DNA from: Rhizobiaceae bacterium
GTDB taxonomy: Bacteria > Pseudomonadota > Alphaproteobacteria > Rhizobiales > Rhizobiaceae
Length of the DNA: 64,000 nt
Reading direction: 5' to 3'
Assembly (NCBI GenBank): GCA_049696015.1
Contig: JBAVTG010000216.1
Span: forward strand, 504 to 64,503
Shown here: positions 17,847 through 27,324 of the stretch, piece after piece
How positions within the stretch are numbered: position 1 is the stretch's first letter
Layout: each line of letters starts with the position of its first letter
Translations under genes and position numbers: made by a program
The notes under the pieces: model-generated
Databases searched by the model: none
Seen by the model: the letters and a program-made list of their open reading frames with translations, nothing else
What the model was told of the DNA's origin: nothing

Positions 17847-19396
17847 AACACGACGCCATCCTTTCAGGTTTGCGCGACATCGGGTCAAAGGGCATCGTGG
17901 CGCCGACAATCCTGCGCTTTGAGGAGACGGATTTCGTTGCCGCCTTTCTGGCAGATCTGTCCCGTTCCGACTGGCGCGCGCGCTTGCAGGCGCGCACGGT
18001 CACACCCGCCGCAGACGGCGTGGCGGTCGTTGAACAGCCGGTCCATAGGGCTTTCCATCTGGTGGTCACCGATGCCCGCTGTTTTGCCCCTGGAATGCCG
18101 CGGCTTGATCCGGTGAAGGCCGTGTCGGCGGGCGTGGTGATCCGGCGGCGCAGGAAGGGCCAAAACCAGGGCTGGCTGCGCAGCCCCGATGCTGTGCTTG
18201 GCTGGCGGCCTTTGCCCGCAAATGTTGATGATCTGGCCACGCGCTATGATCCGGACGCGGCGCTGCGCCGGGCGCATTTGGCAGGGCGCAATGCGAACGC
18301 GCTGACGCGGCTCGACCGGCTGCCAGGGGCAGGGGACCTGGCGTCGGAGGAAACCGCGCCGCTTTTCCCCATTCCGCCCGATTTGGCAAAATCCATCGGT
18401 GTTTCGCTGTTCTATGGTTTCTTGCCGGTACTCAGCAATCAAACTGAAGCCGTCCGTCCGTCCGCGCCGCCCTTCGCCCGCGCGGATGTGGCCGCACGGC
18501 TGCCTGGTTTGCTGGCCCCCTCGCGCGGCGGGGTGACACTGCCGCCAGTGAACGGAACTGTCACGCAGGTCGAAATGGTCCGCCCCGATGACGCACCGGA
18601 TCAAACGCGGGGCGCGGGTCTGCGCACACTTAAATCCGCGCTGAGCTGGCTGACGCAGGAAACCGGCGCATTTAATGAAGGCCCGGAAGCAAATGCGATC
18701 CGCTCGGCACTGAATGCCGTCAGCGTGCCCGATGTTGCGCCCGCGGCATTTGGCGATTGGCTCAATGGCGCGCACCGCGCATTCCTGCTGCAGGACCCGG
18801 CCAGTCCTGCAGCCCTGCCGATGCCGTCATCCTGGCCGCAGTTGACCCAGGCCCAGGCTGATCTGTTGATCAATGCGGCTCTGGCAGCCATGACGGCGCG
18901 CTGGGGCAGCGCAGCCCCCCTGACCCCGCGCTATCCGGCGGGCCGGGGCAGTTATGACCTGCGCTGCTTTTTGCGGATCGACGACGGCGATGGCTGCCAA
19001 TGTCCGCCTCGCATCGCATGGTCTGCGCCTTTGGCTTCGTTCCGCATCAAACCATGGTTCGAAGGCGGCGTGGCGCCGCCGATCCGAATCGAGTTGCCAT
19101 CAATCACGCAAGCCAGCCTCAAGGCGCTGACACCCAATGTGTCTTTCAAAGTGCCCCCCGAATTGCAGCAGCACCTGGACCGGATCGATCTCAAGGGGCT
19201 GATGGATGGCAAACATACGAAAACCTCCGTTTCATTCGGGATGATTTGCTCGTTTTCAATCCCGATCATCACGATCTGCGCTTTCTTCATCCTGCAGATA
19301 TTCCTGCAGCTTTTGAACATCATCTTCTGGTGGCTTCCTTTCGTGCGGATCTGCCTGCCCTATCCGATCGTTGCCACTGAAGAGGAGGACAGCTGA
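17843..19396 (+). CDS. Unknown 517-aa protein with strongly hydrophobic C-terminal tail, encoded between spike and gp25 genes
   Basis: GTGA overlap with the spike gene and TGATG junction with the gp25 gene. The last roughly 50 aa are SVSFGMICSFSIPIITICAFFILQIFLQLLNIIFWWLPFVRICLPYPIV followed by acidic ATEEEDS. I recognise no other motif. Confidence 0.65.
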   Translation: MKHDAILSGLRDIGSKGIVAPTILRFEETDFVAAFLADLSRSDWRARLQARTVTPAADGVAVVEQPVHRAFHLVVTDARCFAPGMPRLDPVKAVSAGVVIRRRRKGQNQGWLRSPDAVLGWRPLPANVDDLATRYDPDAALRRAHLAGRNANALTRLDRLPGAGDLASEETAPLFPIPPDLAKSIGVSLFYGFLPVLSNQTEAVRPSAPPFARADVAARLPGLLAPSRGGVTLPPVNGTVTQVEMVRPDDAPDQTRGAGLRTLKSALSWLTQETGAFNEGPEANAIRSALNAVSVPDVAPAAFGDWLNGAHRAFLLQDPASPAALPMPSSWPQLTQAQADLLINAALAAMTARWGSAAPLTPRYPAGRGSYDLRCFLRIDDGDGCQCPPRIAWSAPLASFRIKPWFEGGVAPPIRIELPSITQASLKALTPNVSFKVPPELQQHLDRIDLKGLMDGKHTKTSVSFGMICSFSIPIITICAFFILQIFLQLLNIIFWWLPFVRICLPYPIVATEEEDS

Positions 19397-19803
19397 TGCC
19401 CCTCAACCCAGCCCACCCGGCCGAACCCGTGGGATGGCCGCTCTTGCCGGTTCCTGACGCCAATGGCAGCCTCAACTGGCCTGATTTGGAAACGTCGGTC
19501 CGCCAAACGATCCGTGCGCTTCTGATCACCCGCCAAGGCGAGGCGCTTTTGCACCCCTTGTTGGGCGGCAGCCTTCAGGACTTCGTTCACCAGCCCAACA
19601 CTGTGCTGACACGAAAAGGCATTCATGACCGCATCGTGGAGACGCTGCGAACATGGGAGCCCCGTGTCGAATTGACTCAGCTGACGGTCGAGCCTTCCGG
19701 CGATTTTGGCGAGCGGGTGCAGCTGACGCTCGACTACCGCCTGCGCCTGACAGGGCAGACTGGCGGGCTTTCGATAGCACTCACACTGGGAACGGAGGGC
19801 TGA
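19396..19803 (+). CDS. Baseplate wedge protein gp25 / GPW family
   Basis: 135 aa with LETSVRQTIRALLITRQGEALLHPLLGGSLQDFVHQPN...IHDRIVETLRTWEPRVEL, the GPW_gp25 signature. Confidence 0.85.
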   Translation: MPLNPAHPAEPVGWPLLPVPDANGSLNWPDLETSVRQTIRALLITRQGEALLHPLLGGSLQDFVHQPNTVLTRKGIHDRIVETLRTWEPRVELTQLTVEPSGDFGERVQLTLDYRLRLTGQTGGLSIALTLGTEG

Positions 19804-19807
19804 ACCG

Positions 19808-21970
19808 ATGCTGCCACGCGTCTCGCTAGCCGATCTGAGCGCCGAAGACCTGTCCGCTGAAATGGTGCGCCGGATCGAGGCGCACACTCCGGAATGGAAG
19901 AATGTGCAGCCAGGTGATCCGGGACGCACGCTGATCGATCTTTTCGCCTGGATGGGTGAAACCATCCTGTACCGTGCGAACCTGACGCCGCGCCGGATGC
20001 GGCTTGAATTCCTCAACCTTCTGAATTTGAAGCAGCGCCCGGCCGAACCCGCGCGCGGGATGCTCCAATTGCTCCCCAAAGTCCCATCCAAAGCGCGCCC
20101 AACCTTTGTGGCAAGCGGGACACGGGCCAATGGCCTGGTTCCTTTCGAAGTGCTGAGCGCTGCCACCGTGCAGCCATTTGAAGGCGCCGCTTTCATCAAA
20201 CGACGCTTGGGCGAGGCCGAACGGGCAGATCTGGCAGAAGTGCTTGCGTCGCTGACTGATGTCTATGGTGTGACTTTGGCCGAACCATACGCCACAGAAC
20301 GTCTGTTTGGGCCCGGCGATATGGCGCGGGAAAATGGCACGGATCCGCTGGCCGACAGTATTGATCAGACGCTGTGGATCGGCTTGTTTTGTGGCGATGC
20401 CAGTGCGGCAGCCCGGGCGGCGGCGATTGCGGCGCTGGACGCCCAGCCTTGCCTTTTGAACATCGGTGTGATCCCGCGTCTGAGCCTGCCCGATCTGGAA
20501 ACACCCCCGCCAGCTGGCATCGATTGGTCCATCGCAACGCGCGGGGCAGAGCCGGGAGAGGTGGCATACCTTGATCTGGCCATTGACGATGACCGCACGC
20601 GCGGGCTGACCGCTGAAGGCACGCTGCGCTTGGTGCTGCCGCGGGCCGACATGGTGTACGCCCCGCCAAACGATTTGGCTTCCGAGATTGACGCAGGGGT
20701 TGGCAACCGCCCGCCACGGCTGGATGATCCGGCTCTGGCGGCGCGCTTGATCGGCTGGCTGCGTCTCCATTCGCCTGATCCCGCAGCGCGGCTGCCGCTG
20801 TCCTGGGCGGGGATAAACTCCGTCATGGTTGATCAGCGCGAAACCCACGCGGGCATCAGCCTGGGCGTTGCCTCCGGGCAGGCCGGGCAGCGTTTTCGCC
20901 TGCCGGGGCGCGATATCGATGCGGAATCAGTTGTCCTGTCGGTCGCCGAGCCCGGCGGACAGTTCCTGCCTTGGGACGCCGTCTCCGACCTCGGCGCAGC
21001 CGGCCGCGATGACCGTGTATTCGAGTTGGAAGCGGAGGCCGGCGAAGTCATGTTTGGCGACGGCCTGACTGGCAGACTGTTGCCTGCCGGTGCGCGGGTG
21101 CGGCTGGATCGGCTGCGCGCCGGCGGCGGCGTGGCGGGAAACCTCGGGCCCGGCTCATTGACGAAAATCGAGATGCCCGGACTTCTGGCGCATCAGCCGG
21201 CGGCTTTTCATGGCGGCGTGGCAGCTGAGACGCTGGAGGCGGCGGAAAAGCGGGTGGGGGCGATGCTGAGCCACCGCAACCGTTGCATCACCGAAGACGA
21301 CTACCGTGCCATCGCCGCAGAGCTCGGCCTTGCGCGCGTCGAGGTTTTGCCAGGCTTTCGACCCTATCAACGGCGCGGCGGCAGCCCCGGCGTGGTGTCA
21401 ATCATGGTTCTGCCCGATCAGGTGCTGCGCCGTGCGCCAAATCCACGCGCAGACCGGCGCATTCTCGAACAGGTTCACGCCCATTTGGACCCGCGCCGCC
21501 CGCTTGCAACCGAGCTTTACGTGATCAGCCCGGATTATCGCGGCATTGGCCTGACCATTGGCATCACTTTGCGCGAAGGCTTTGCCCGCGAGGAGGTGGT
21601 CCGCGCTGTGAAGGAGCGGATGTTTAGTGTGCTTTGGCCGCTTGCCGGCGGTGGAATGGACAGTGCTGGCTGGACGCTTGGCGCGCAGGTTCGCAGTCTT
21701 GAGCTTCAAGTCGAGGCGGCGCGAGTGCCAGGGGTCGCAACTGTGCTCGGTGTGAACTTGTTCGCCGCCAGCAATACCGGTCTGACGCTGCTGCCGCGCC
21801 AGCCGGGCTCGATGGCGCAGAACCTGACATTGGACGAATGGCAACTGCCCGAATTGTTGGCAATTGACGTCTCAAGCGACGGCAGCATGCCTGCCACCAC
21901 ACTGTCGCTGTCGCAGTCATCGACAGGCACCGGCGCTATTGGCGTTCCCGTCGTGCCGGAGGTGTGCTGA
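19808..21970 (+). CDS. Baseplate J-like protein (gp6 / Afp11-like)
   Basis: MVRRIEAHTPEWKNVQPGDPGRTLIDLFAWMGETILYRANLTPRRMRLEFLNLL is typical of putative baseplate assembly proteins (J/gp47 family). 720 aa, at the expected position after gp25. Confidence 0.8.
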   Translation: MLPRVSLADLSAEDLSAEMVRRIEAHTPEWKNVQPGDPGRTLIDLFAWMGETILYRANLTPRRMRLEFLNLLNLKQRPAEPARGMLQLLPKVPSKARPTFVASGTRANGLVPFEVLSAATVQPFEGAAFIKRRLGEAERADLAEVLASLTDVYGVTLAEPYATERLFGPGDMARENGTDPLADSIDQTLWIGLFCGDASAAARAAAIAALDAQPCLLNIGVIPRLSLPDLETPPPAGIDWSIATRGAEPGEVAYLDLAIDDDRTRGLTAEGTLRLVLPRADMVYAPPNDLASEIDAGVGNRPPRLDDPALAARLIGWLRLHSPDPAARLPLSWAGINSVMVDQRETHAGISLGVASGQAGQRFRLPGRDIDAESVVLSVAEPGGQFLPWDAVSDLGAAGRDDRVFELEAEAGEVMFGDGLTGRLLPAGARVRLDRLRAGGGVAGNLGPGSLTKIEMPGLLAHQPAAFHGGVAAETLEAAEKRVGAMLSHRNRCITEDDYRAIAAELGLARVEVLPGFRPYQRRGGSPGVVSIMVLPDQVLRRAPNPRADRRILEQVHAHLDPRRPLATELYVISPDYRGIGLTIGITLREGFAREEVVRAVKERMFSVLWPLAGGGMDSAGWTLGAQVRSLELQVEAARVPGVATVLGVNLFAASNTGLTLLPRQPGSMAQNLTLDEWQLPELLAIDVSSDGSMPATTLSLSQSSTGTGAIGVPVVPEVC

Positions 21971-24291
21971 TGCGCGACACGAACGGCCAGATCTACTGGA
22001 ATTTCGCCACGGCCGGGGATCTTTTGCCCAAGCCCGCGCCGGGCCTTGTCTGGGATGCGCAATCCCTTGGCGTCGGTTTGCAGCCTTCCGCCTCGCCGCC
22101 GCTGGCTGCCGCATCGAAAGCTGCGGCGGAACTTGCCGCAGCAGCACCACGGATAGCGGTAGACGCTTTCGGCACTTGGGCGATTGCGGATGACGAATTG
22201 GGCGTGCGCACCGCCTTTCCAGGCGCGCCGCCGCGGTTGCTTTGGTCGCCTCCCCTTGGGTTGAGCATTGTCGATCTGGACTGGACGGCGCAGGGCCATC
22301 TGATTGTCGCCCTGCGCCATGAGGATGGCACAGGTGAGGCGCTTTGGATTGACACGCTGGGCCGGTTCGATCCGGTGCCGCTGGCAGAGCCCGGGTTTGC
22401 CCCGGACCGGATTGCAGCTTCTGCCGGGGGCGGGCCCGTCTGGCTGGTGGACCGGGCTACACAGCAGATACGGCGCATTGATGGGACACCAATCCCGGAC
22501 GTGCTGGACAGCATCGCCCGCGCGCCGGGCTTGTTCACCCCAAAGCCGGACATGGCCGATCCGGCGCGGCTGGACACGATGACGCTGGCGGGAGCGCCGG
22601 GCGATCCGATTATTGAAGCGGCGGCCGATGCCTCAGGCGCGCTGATCCTGCTTCGCCTGCCAGCGGCGGGAGAGGCTGTGCTTGAGTATTTTACTGCGGG
22701 CGGCGAACGCCACGCTGCGCGCCTGAGCGGCGTTGTCAACCCGCATGCCATGGCGGCATTCGGGCCGGGACATGTGGCTATTGCTTGCGCCGGATGGGCC
22801 GAAGCGCGGGTATTTGCCATCCCGGATCGCGATGTTCCAGTCCAGACAGCGCTCGGCGCGCGCCTGCCTTTGCGGCATTGGACCGGCGGGCGGTTCTGCG
22901 CTGGAGCCTCAGGCCGGGCGCATTATCCGGTGAGCGGACATAGCGCACCGATGCGCAGGCTTGCCGCCCTGTCCTATGCTGCATTTGCCACAAGCGGCGA
23001 AACCTTGCTTGCGCCAATCGACAGCGGTGTGGAAGGGTTTGTCTGGCATCGCCTCTATCTGGAGGCCTTCCTTCCGGCCGGAACAGCGGTGGATGTTTAT
23101 GCCGCTGCCGCAGATTCACTGGCCGAACTGCCCGGAGCAGTTGAACACCGCCACCGCTTTGGCGCGCCCGATGGCGGGCCAGGCCCTCGCGGCGCGTGGA
23201 TCGATGCGGCATCCGAACGGCCATGGGCGCGCCCTGCCGGCGATTGCCAGCGCCTTCGTGACAAGTCCGGGCTGTTCTCGGCCTTGGTCCAACGCTGCGA
23301 CAGTGCTGTCAACCGCCGTCTTTGCGGACGCTATCTGCGGCTGCGGCTGGTGTTTTCCGGCCCCGGAAGCACGGCGCCGCGTTTGCACGCCTTGCGCGTT
23401 TGGGGCCCGCGCTATTCGTGGCGCGACAGGCACCTGCCGGAGTTATATGCACAGCCCGCAGGCCCCGGCGCAGCTGGCAGCGATTTTCTGGACCGTTACC
23501 TCGCGTTGTTTGAGGGTCTGCTCACCCCGATCGAGGGCGAAATCGCCGCTGTCTGGCGGCTTGCCAACCCTGCAACCATCCCTTCAGACGGGCTCGATTG
23601 GCTCGCCAGCTGGCTTGGTCTGACCCCCGACACTGCGCTGGGCGAAGCTGCGACACGGCGTCTGATCAGCAATGCAGCGCGGCTCTCTGCGTGGCGCGGC
23701 ACATTGCGGGGCTTGACAGGCATGCTTGACATCGCCAGCGCAGGCGGCGTCGCGGCCGGGCGGATCGTGGTGATCGAACATTTCCGCATGCAGCGCACCT
23801 TTGCCACCATCCTTGGCGCCGACCTTTCGGACAGGTTTGATCCGCTGACGCGCGGGTCATCGCCCTCAGGGCAGTCGATGCTGGGACCAGGGTTTTTTCT
23901 CGGGGCAGAAGATGAAAAGCGGCTGTTCGCCTTGTTCCGCCCCGAACTTGCCGAACATCCGCTGACCAGCGCCGAAGACCGCGCCCGTGCGGCTGCACAA
24001 CTGGCCAGCATGGTGGAGGAAGCCGCGCACCGCGTTACAGTTTTGGTGCACGAGGAAACAGACGCGGAGCGCCGCGCCTTGCTGGCACGGGTGGTAACGC
24101 GTGAATGTCCGGCCCATGTGGTCGCGCGCCTTCAGGACGCGCCAGGGTCGCTGATCCTTGGCCTTTCGGCGCTTCTGGGTGTGGAAACACGGCTATCGCC
24201 CGCGCCCGAAACGGCCAGTTTCCAGCTGGACGAAACGCATCTTGGGCAGGCCCGGCTGCGCGGCACGCCCGCACTCGATAACAGGATCTAG
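21964..24291 (+). CDS. Baseplate protein, P2 gpI-like (Afp12-like)
   Basis: The internal block LDWLASWLGLTPDTALGEAATRRLISNAARLSAWRGTLRGLTGMLD is the Tail_P2_I signature. An alternative ATG at 21970 would give a TGATG junction. Confidence 0.75.
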   Translation: MLMRDTNGQIYWNFATAGDLLPKPAPGLVWDAQSLGVGLQPSASPPLAAASKAAAELAAAAPRIAVDAFGTWAIADDELGVRTAFPGAPPRLLWSPPLGLSIVDLDWTAQGHLIVALRHEDGTGEALWIDTLGRFDPVPLAEPGFAPDRIAASAGGGPVWLVDRATQQIRRIDGTPIPDVLDSIARAPGLFTPKPDMADPARLDTMTLAGAPGDPIIEAAADASGALILLRLPAAGEAVLEYFTAGGERHAARLSGVVNPHAMAAFGPGHVAIACAGWAEARVFAIPDRDVPVQTALGARLPLRHWTGGRFCAGASGRAHYPVSGHSAPMRRLAALSYAAFATSGETLLAPIDSGVEGFVWHRLYLEAFLPAGTAVDVYAAAADSLAELPGAVEHRHRFGAPDGGPGPRGAWIDAASERPWARPAGDCQRLRDKSGLFSALVQRCDSAVNRRLCGRYLRLRLVFSGPGSTAPRLHALRVWGPRYSWRDRHLPELYAQPAGPGAAGSDFLDRYLALFEGLLTPIEGEIAAVWRLANPATIPSDGLDWLASWLGLTPDTALGEAATRRLISNAARLSAWRGTLRGLTGMLDIASAGGVAAGRIVVIEHFRMQRTFATILGADLSDRFDPLTRGSSPSGQSMLGPGFFLGAEDEKRLFALFRPELAEHPLTSAEDRARAAAQLASMVEEAAHRVTVLVHEETDAERRALLARVVTRECPAHVVARLQDAPGSLILGLSALLGVETRLSPAPETASFQLDETHLGQARLRGTPALDNRI

Positions 24292-24306
24292 GACCGGAGG
24301 ACGATC

Positions 24307-25194
24307 ATGGCTGGCTTTACTCCTTTTGCCGAACCAGACCCGCTGGACGAAATAGCAGGCACGGACCGCTTGCGCCCCGCAGATGGCATTTTGCTGACAG
24401 CCGACCATGTGCAGACTGAGCAGCTGTATCACCGGGGACGGCTGGCACGTCTTTTGGCCTACCTGCACGGCGCAGGCACTGTTGCAGGTCTGGATGTGCG
24501 CTACAGCGCGCCCGGCGGGACAGCGGCTGAAGTTCAGGTGACCCCAGGCCTTGCCATCGATTACCGCGGCCGCCTTGTGGAACTGACGCACCTGTCTTGC
24601 CTGAAACTGGGAGACTGGGTTGGGGCGACGGCGTCCACGCCGCAGGGGCTGGCGCGGCTGGCTGCTGGCCGGCGCGCAGCGGGCGCAGGTTTACCCGACC
24701 ATTTGGTCGTTGATCTTTTTGCCGAATTCCGCGCCTTCGCCCGCCGGCCCGAGCCCGCCTTTGCCACCGGAAATGCGGACCGCATCGATGCGATTTCACC
24801 CACGCTGGCGCAAGATTCTGTCTTTCTGAACATGGTGATCCGCGATGCGGCTTTTACTGGTTTGCCCGAAAGCATGGTCTCGCGCCTCGTCCCCGGCGCG
24901 GTGACGGCGGCAGAGGTGCAGCGGGTGAAACGTGAAAGCCTGTGGCCCGCGCTGGGGCCGCGCCCCGATCAACTGGCGCCCGACCCGACTTTGCCGCCAA
25001 CCGAACATGTCCGTGGGCATCAAGCCTTTGGCGGCGTGTTTCTGGCCCGCCTGCGTGTGCCCGTCACGGGCACCCCTCCAGGCCTGGACGACAGCATCGC
25101 GCTGACCGCGCCCGCGCTGCTGCCTGACGTTTCGGGGCGGCTTTACAGCTATTCCACGGCAGAGCTCGCGCTTTTGGCCGGGCAGAGGAGATAG
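24307..25194 (+). CDS. Unknown CIS-locus protein, paralogue 1 of 3 (shared N-terminal domain)
   Basis: GGAGGA RBS upstream. The N-terminal motif GILLTADHVQTEQLYHRGRLARLLAYLHGAGTVAGLDV...VTPGLAIDYRGRLVEL is shared with the next two genes. Confidence 0.65.
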   Translation: MAGFTPFAEPDPLDEIAGTDRLRPADGILLTADHVQTEQLYHRGRLARLLAYLHGAGTVAGLDVRYSAPGGTAAEVQVTPGLAIDYRGRLVELTHLSCLKLGDWVGATASTPQGLARLAAGRRAAGAGLPDHLVVDLFAEFRAFARRPEPAFATGNADRIDAISPTLAQDSVFLNMVIRDAAFTGLPESMVSRLVPGAVTAAEVQRVKRESLWPALGPRPDQLAPDPTLPPTEHVRGHQAFGGVFLARLRVPVTGTPPGLDDSIALTAPALLPDVSGRLYSYSTAELALLAGQRR

Positions 25195-25197
25195 ACC

Positions 25198-27324
25198 ATG
25201 GTCACCAAGGCACAGGCTTCAAGACTTGATCTGGGGCAAGGCGGGATCGACGCACCTGGTGCTGTATTCGACCAGCGCCGCACCCGAACCGCCTGGTTCG
25301 AAGGTCAGCATGTCACCGCTGACCACTTCAACCGTGACCAGAGTTATCACATCACCCGGCAAGCCGACCTTGGCCGCACCATCGGGCAGGGTGTAGTCGA
25401 AGGATTGGTGGTTTCCCTGCTGCCGGAAAGCCACAAGCTGCGCGTGGATCCCGGAATGGCACTTGCCCCAAGCGGCGAGGTGTTGGTGCTCACTGCTGCT
25501 GCCGAGATTGACCTTGCCGACGCCGGGAGCTTGCGCGGGTTTGCCGGACTTTCGGGCGATGGCGCTGTCGTGCCGCCGCCTGAAACCCGCACCGGACTGT
25601 TTATTCTGGCAGCTTCAGCCGTGGAGTACACATCCAATCCGGTCGGCAGCTATCCTGTGAGCATCAATGCCGCCCGCACGCTGGAAGACAGTGTGATCAA
25701 CGAGGCCTTGGTCTTCACTCTGACGCCGTTTCCCGTCAAGTCCACGGGAAGCGATACCGACCAATGGCGCGCGGCGGCGGCCTACCGGATATTTGTCGAG
25801 GATGCGGAGCCGGAACTGCCGCCCTCGGCTGTGCCTCTGGCAATGGTCGCGCTGATCGGGCGTCGTGTGCAATGGGTAGACGTCGCAATGGTGCGGCGTC
25901 ACTGCGCGCCGGCCGCCGGCGACATATTCGGTCTTGGCATGGTCGACCAGACCCGCCGCATCGCGCACTTTGAACAATTCGATAACCTGATCGCGGCCGA
26001 GATTGCGGCAAATCCGGCGGCTGCCGCTCCGGCGTCTGATCTGGTTCGGTCCCTGCCTCCCATGGGGCGCATGCCCGTGGGAGCCGTTGCCCTGCGCGCC
26101 GGCCCCGGCGAGCCCGAACGGCTTAGTCAGAACTGGTTTCCATCGGTAATGCCGGTTGAACTGGTCGCCCTGCCTGCCGACGAAATTGAAGCGCTCCTGC
26201 GCGAGAGCATCCACCTGCCGCCCATCGATCTTGGCGCGCCAGACAAGGTTCTGGCCAATACGCCCGTGACAGTTATCGTTCCGGTGGCGCGCGCAGATTG
26301 GGCCACAACGCCCGCCGAAGTCGCCGAGACGACATTCACCCTTGTGCCGCCGCCTGCAGTCGGGGGAACGACCACCGACCCTGCAGCGATGCTTCGGGCG
26401 TTGATGTCCGGCGAGCCCGCGCCTTCACAGGGCGAGCTGATGCTGACCGGCGCATGGCGCACGCTGCTCGGGCGGGCAAGCCACCTGTGGTATGCACGAC
26501 GGCGGCAATTCCAGCGGTCCGACATGCTCATTGCGGGGACCGAAGATGCCCTGCCAGACACTGGGCCCAGCATCCCGCCTGCACCAGCGCCACTGCCGAT
26601 AGTCAGCGACACTGCCGCCGCAGAAATGGTCGAGGAACTGGTGCCCCTGGTCAAAGCGGCTTTTGCGTCGCACGGGCTTGACGCGCAGTTCGCAAAGCAG
26701 TTGCAACTGGAAGCGCCAATGCCGCTGCGCCTGTTGCAGCGCCAGGTTCAATTTCTGGCTGAAGGCGCTCCGGCGCTGGCGCTGGCGCTCGGCATTGCCG
26801 TGGTGGATCGGGGCGAAAAACCCGAAGATATGCTGAAAACCCATGTTGCCGACACGGCAGCCGTCTATGCGCGGGCCGAACCGGTGCTGATCGGGCAGGG
26901 GCTCGGTCTGGTTGTGCCTTTTGCGCCGGACACCAACCCTGAACCCGCAATGAAACTGATTTCCGTGACAATTGGCTTCGACCCGCGCCAGTTGGACGGC
27001 TTGGTCAGGCAGCTGTCCAGCCTGACCATCCACCCCGAAGGCATTGAAAAGGCCGACAATCTGGCGCGCGCGCTGGAGACTGCGCTTGAACTGGCCGTCC
27101 CCGTTGGTTTTGCCTTGGCCAACCCGCTCGGGCCAGATGTTCTCAAACAGCGCCTGCGGCTGGCCGCGACGGGTGCCTTGCCTGCAGTGGCAGCCGGTCT
27201 AAGCCGGGTAAAACCTGAAAACCGGCCAAAGCTGTTGGCAATGCTGCGCAACGCCGTCGAGACCGCGCCTGACGATGCAGCCCTGACCAAAGCGCTTCTC
27301 ACCGCAGTTCGGAGGATCAACTGA
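25198..27324 (+). CDS. Unknown CIS-locus protein, paralogue 2 of 3
   Basis: AGGAGA RBS upstream. GQHVTADHFNRDQSYHITRQADLGRTIGQGVVEGLVV...VDPGMALAPSGEVLVL. There is further collinear similarity to the 1309-aa protein (VPLAMVALIGRRVQW vs VAVAMLGIGAGERILW; LPPMGRMP vs LPPAGILP). Confidence 0.65.
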   Translation: MVTKAQASRLDLGQGGIDAPGAVFDQRRTRTAWFEGQHVTADHFNRDQSYHITRQADLGRTIGQGVVEGLVVSLLPESHKLRVDPGMALAPSGEVLVLTAAAEIDLADAGSLRGFAGLSGDGAVVPPPETRTGLFILAASAVEYTSNPVGSYPVSINAARTLEDSVINEALVFTLTPFPVKSTGSDTDQWRAAAAYRIFVEDAEPELPPSAVPLAMVALIGRRVQWVDVAMVRRHCAPAAGDIFGLGMVDQTRRIAHFEQFDNLIAAEIAANPAAAAPASDLVRSLPPMGRMPVGAVALRAGPGEPERLSQNWFPSVMPVELVALPADEIEALLRESIHLPPIDLGAPDKVLANTPVTVIVPVARADWATTPAEVAETTFTLVPPPAVGGTTTDPAAMLRALMSGEPAPSQGELMLTGAWRTLLGRASHLWYARRRQFQRSDMLIAGTEDALPDTGPSIPPAPAPLPIVSDTAAAEMVEELVPLVKAAFASHGLDAQFAKQLQLEAPMPLRLLQRQVQFLAEGAPALALALGIAVVDRGEKPEDMLKTHVADTAAVYARAEPVLIGQGLGLVVPFAPDTNPEPAMKLISVTIGFDPRQLDGLVRQLSSLTIHPEGIEKADNLARALETALELAVPVGFALANPLGPDVLKQRLRLAATGALPAVAAGLSRVKPENRPKLLAMLRNAVETAPDDAALTKALLTAVRRIN

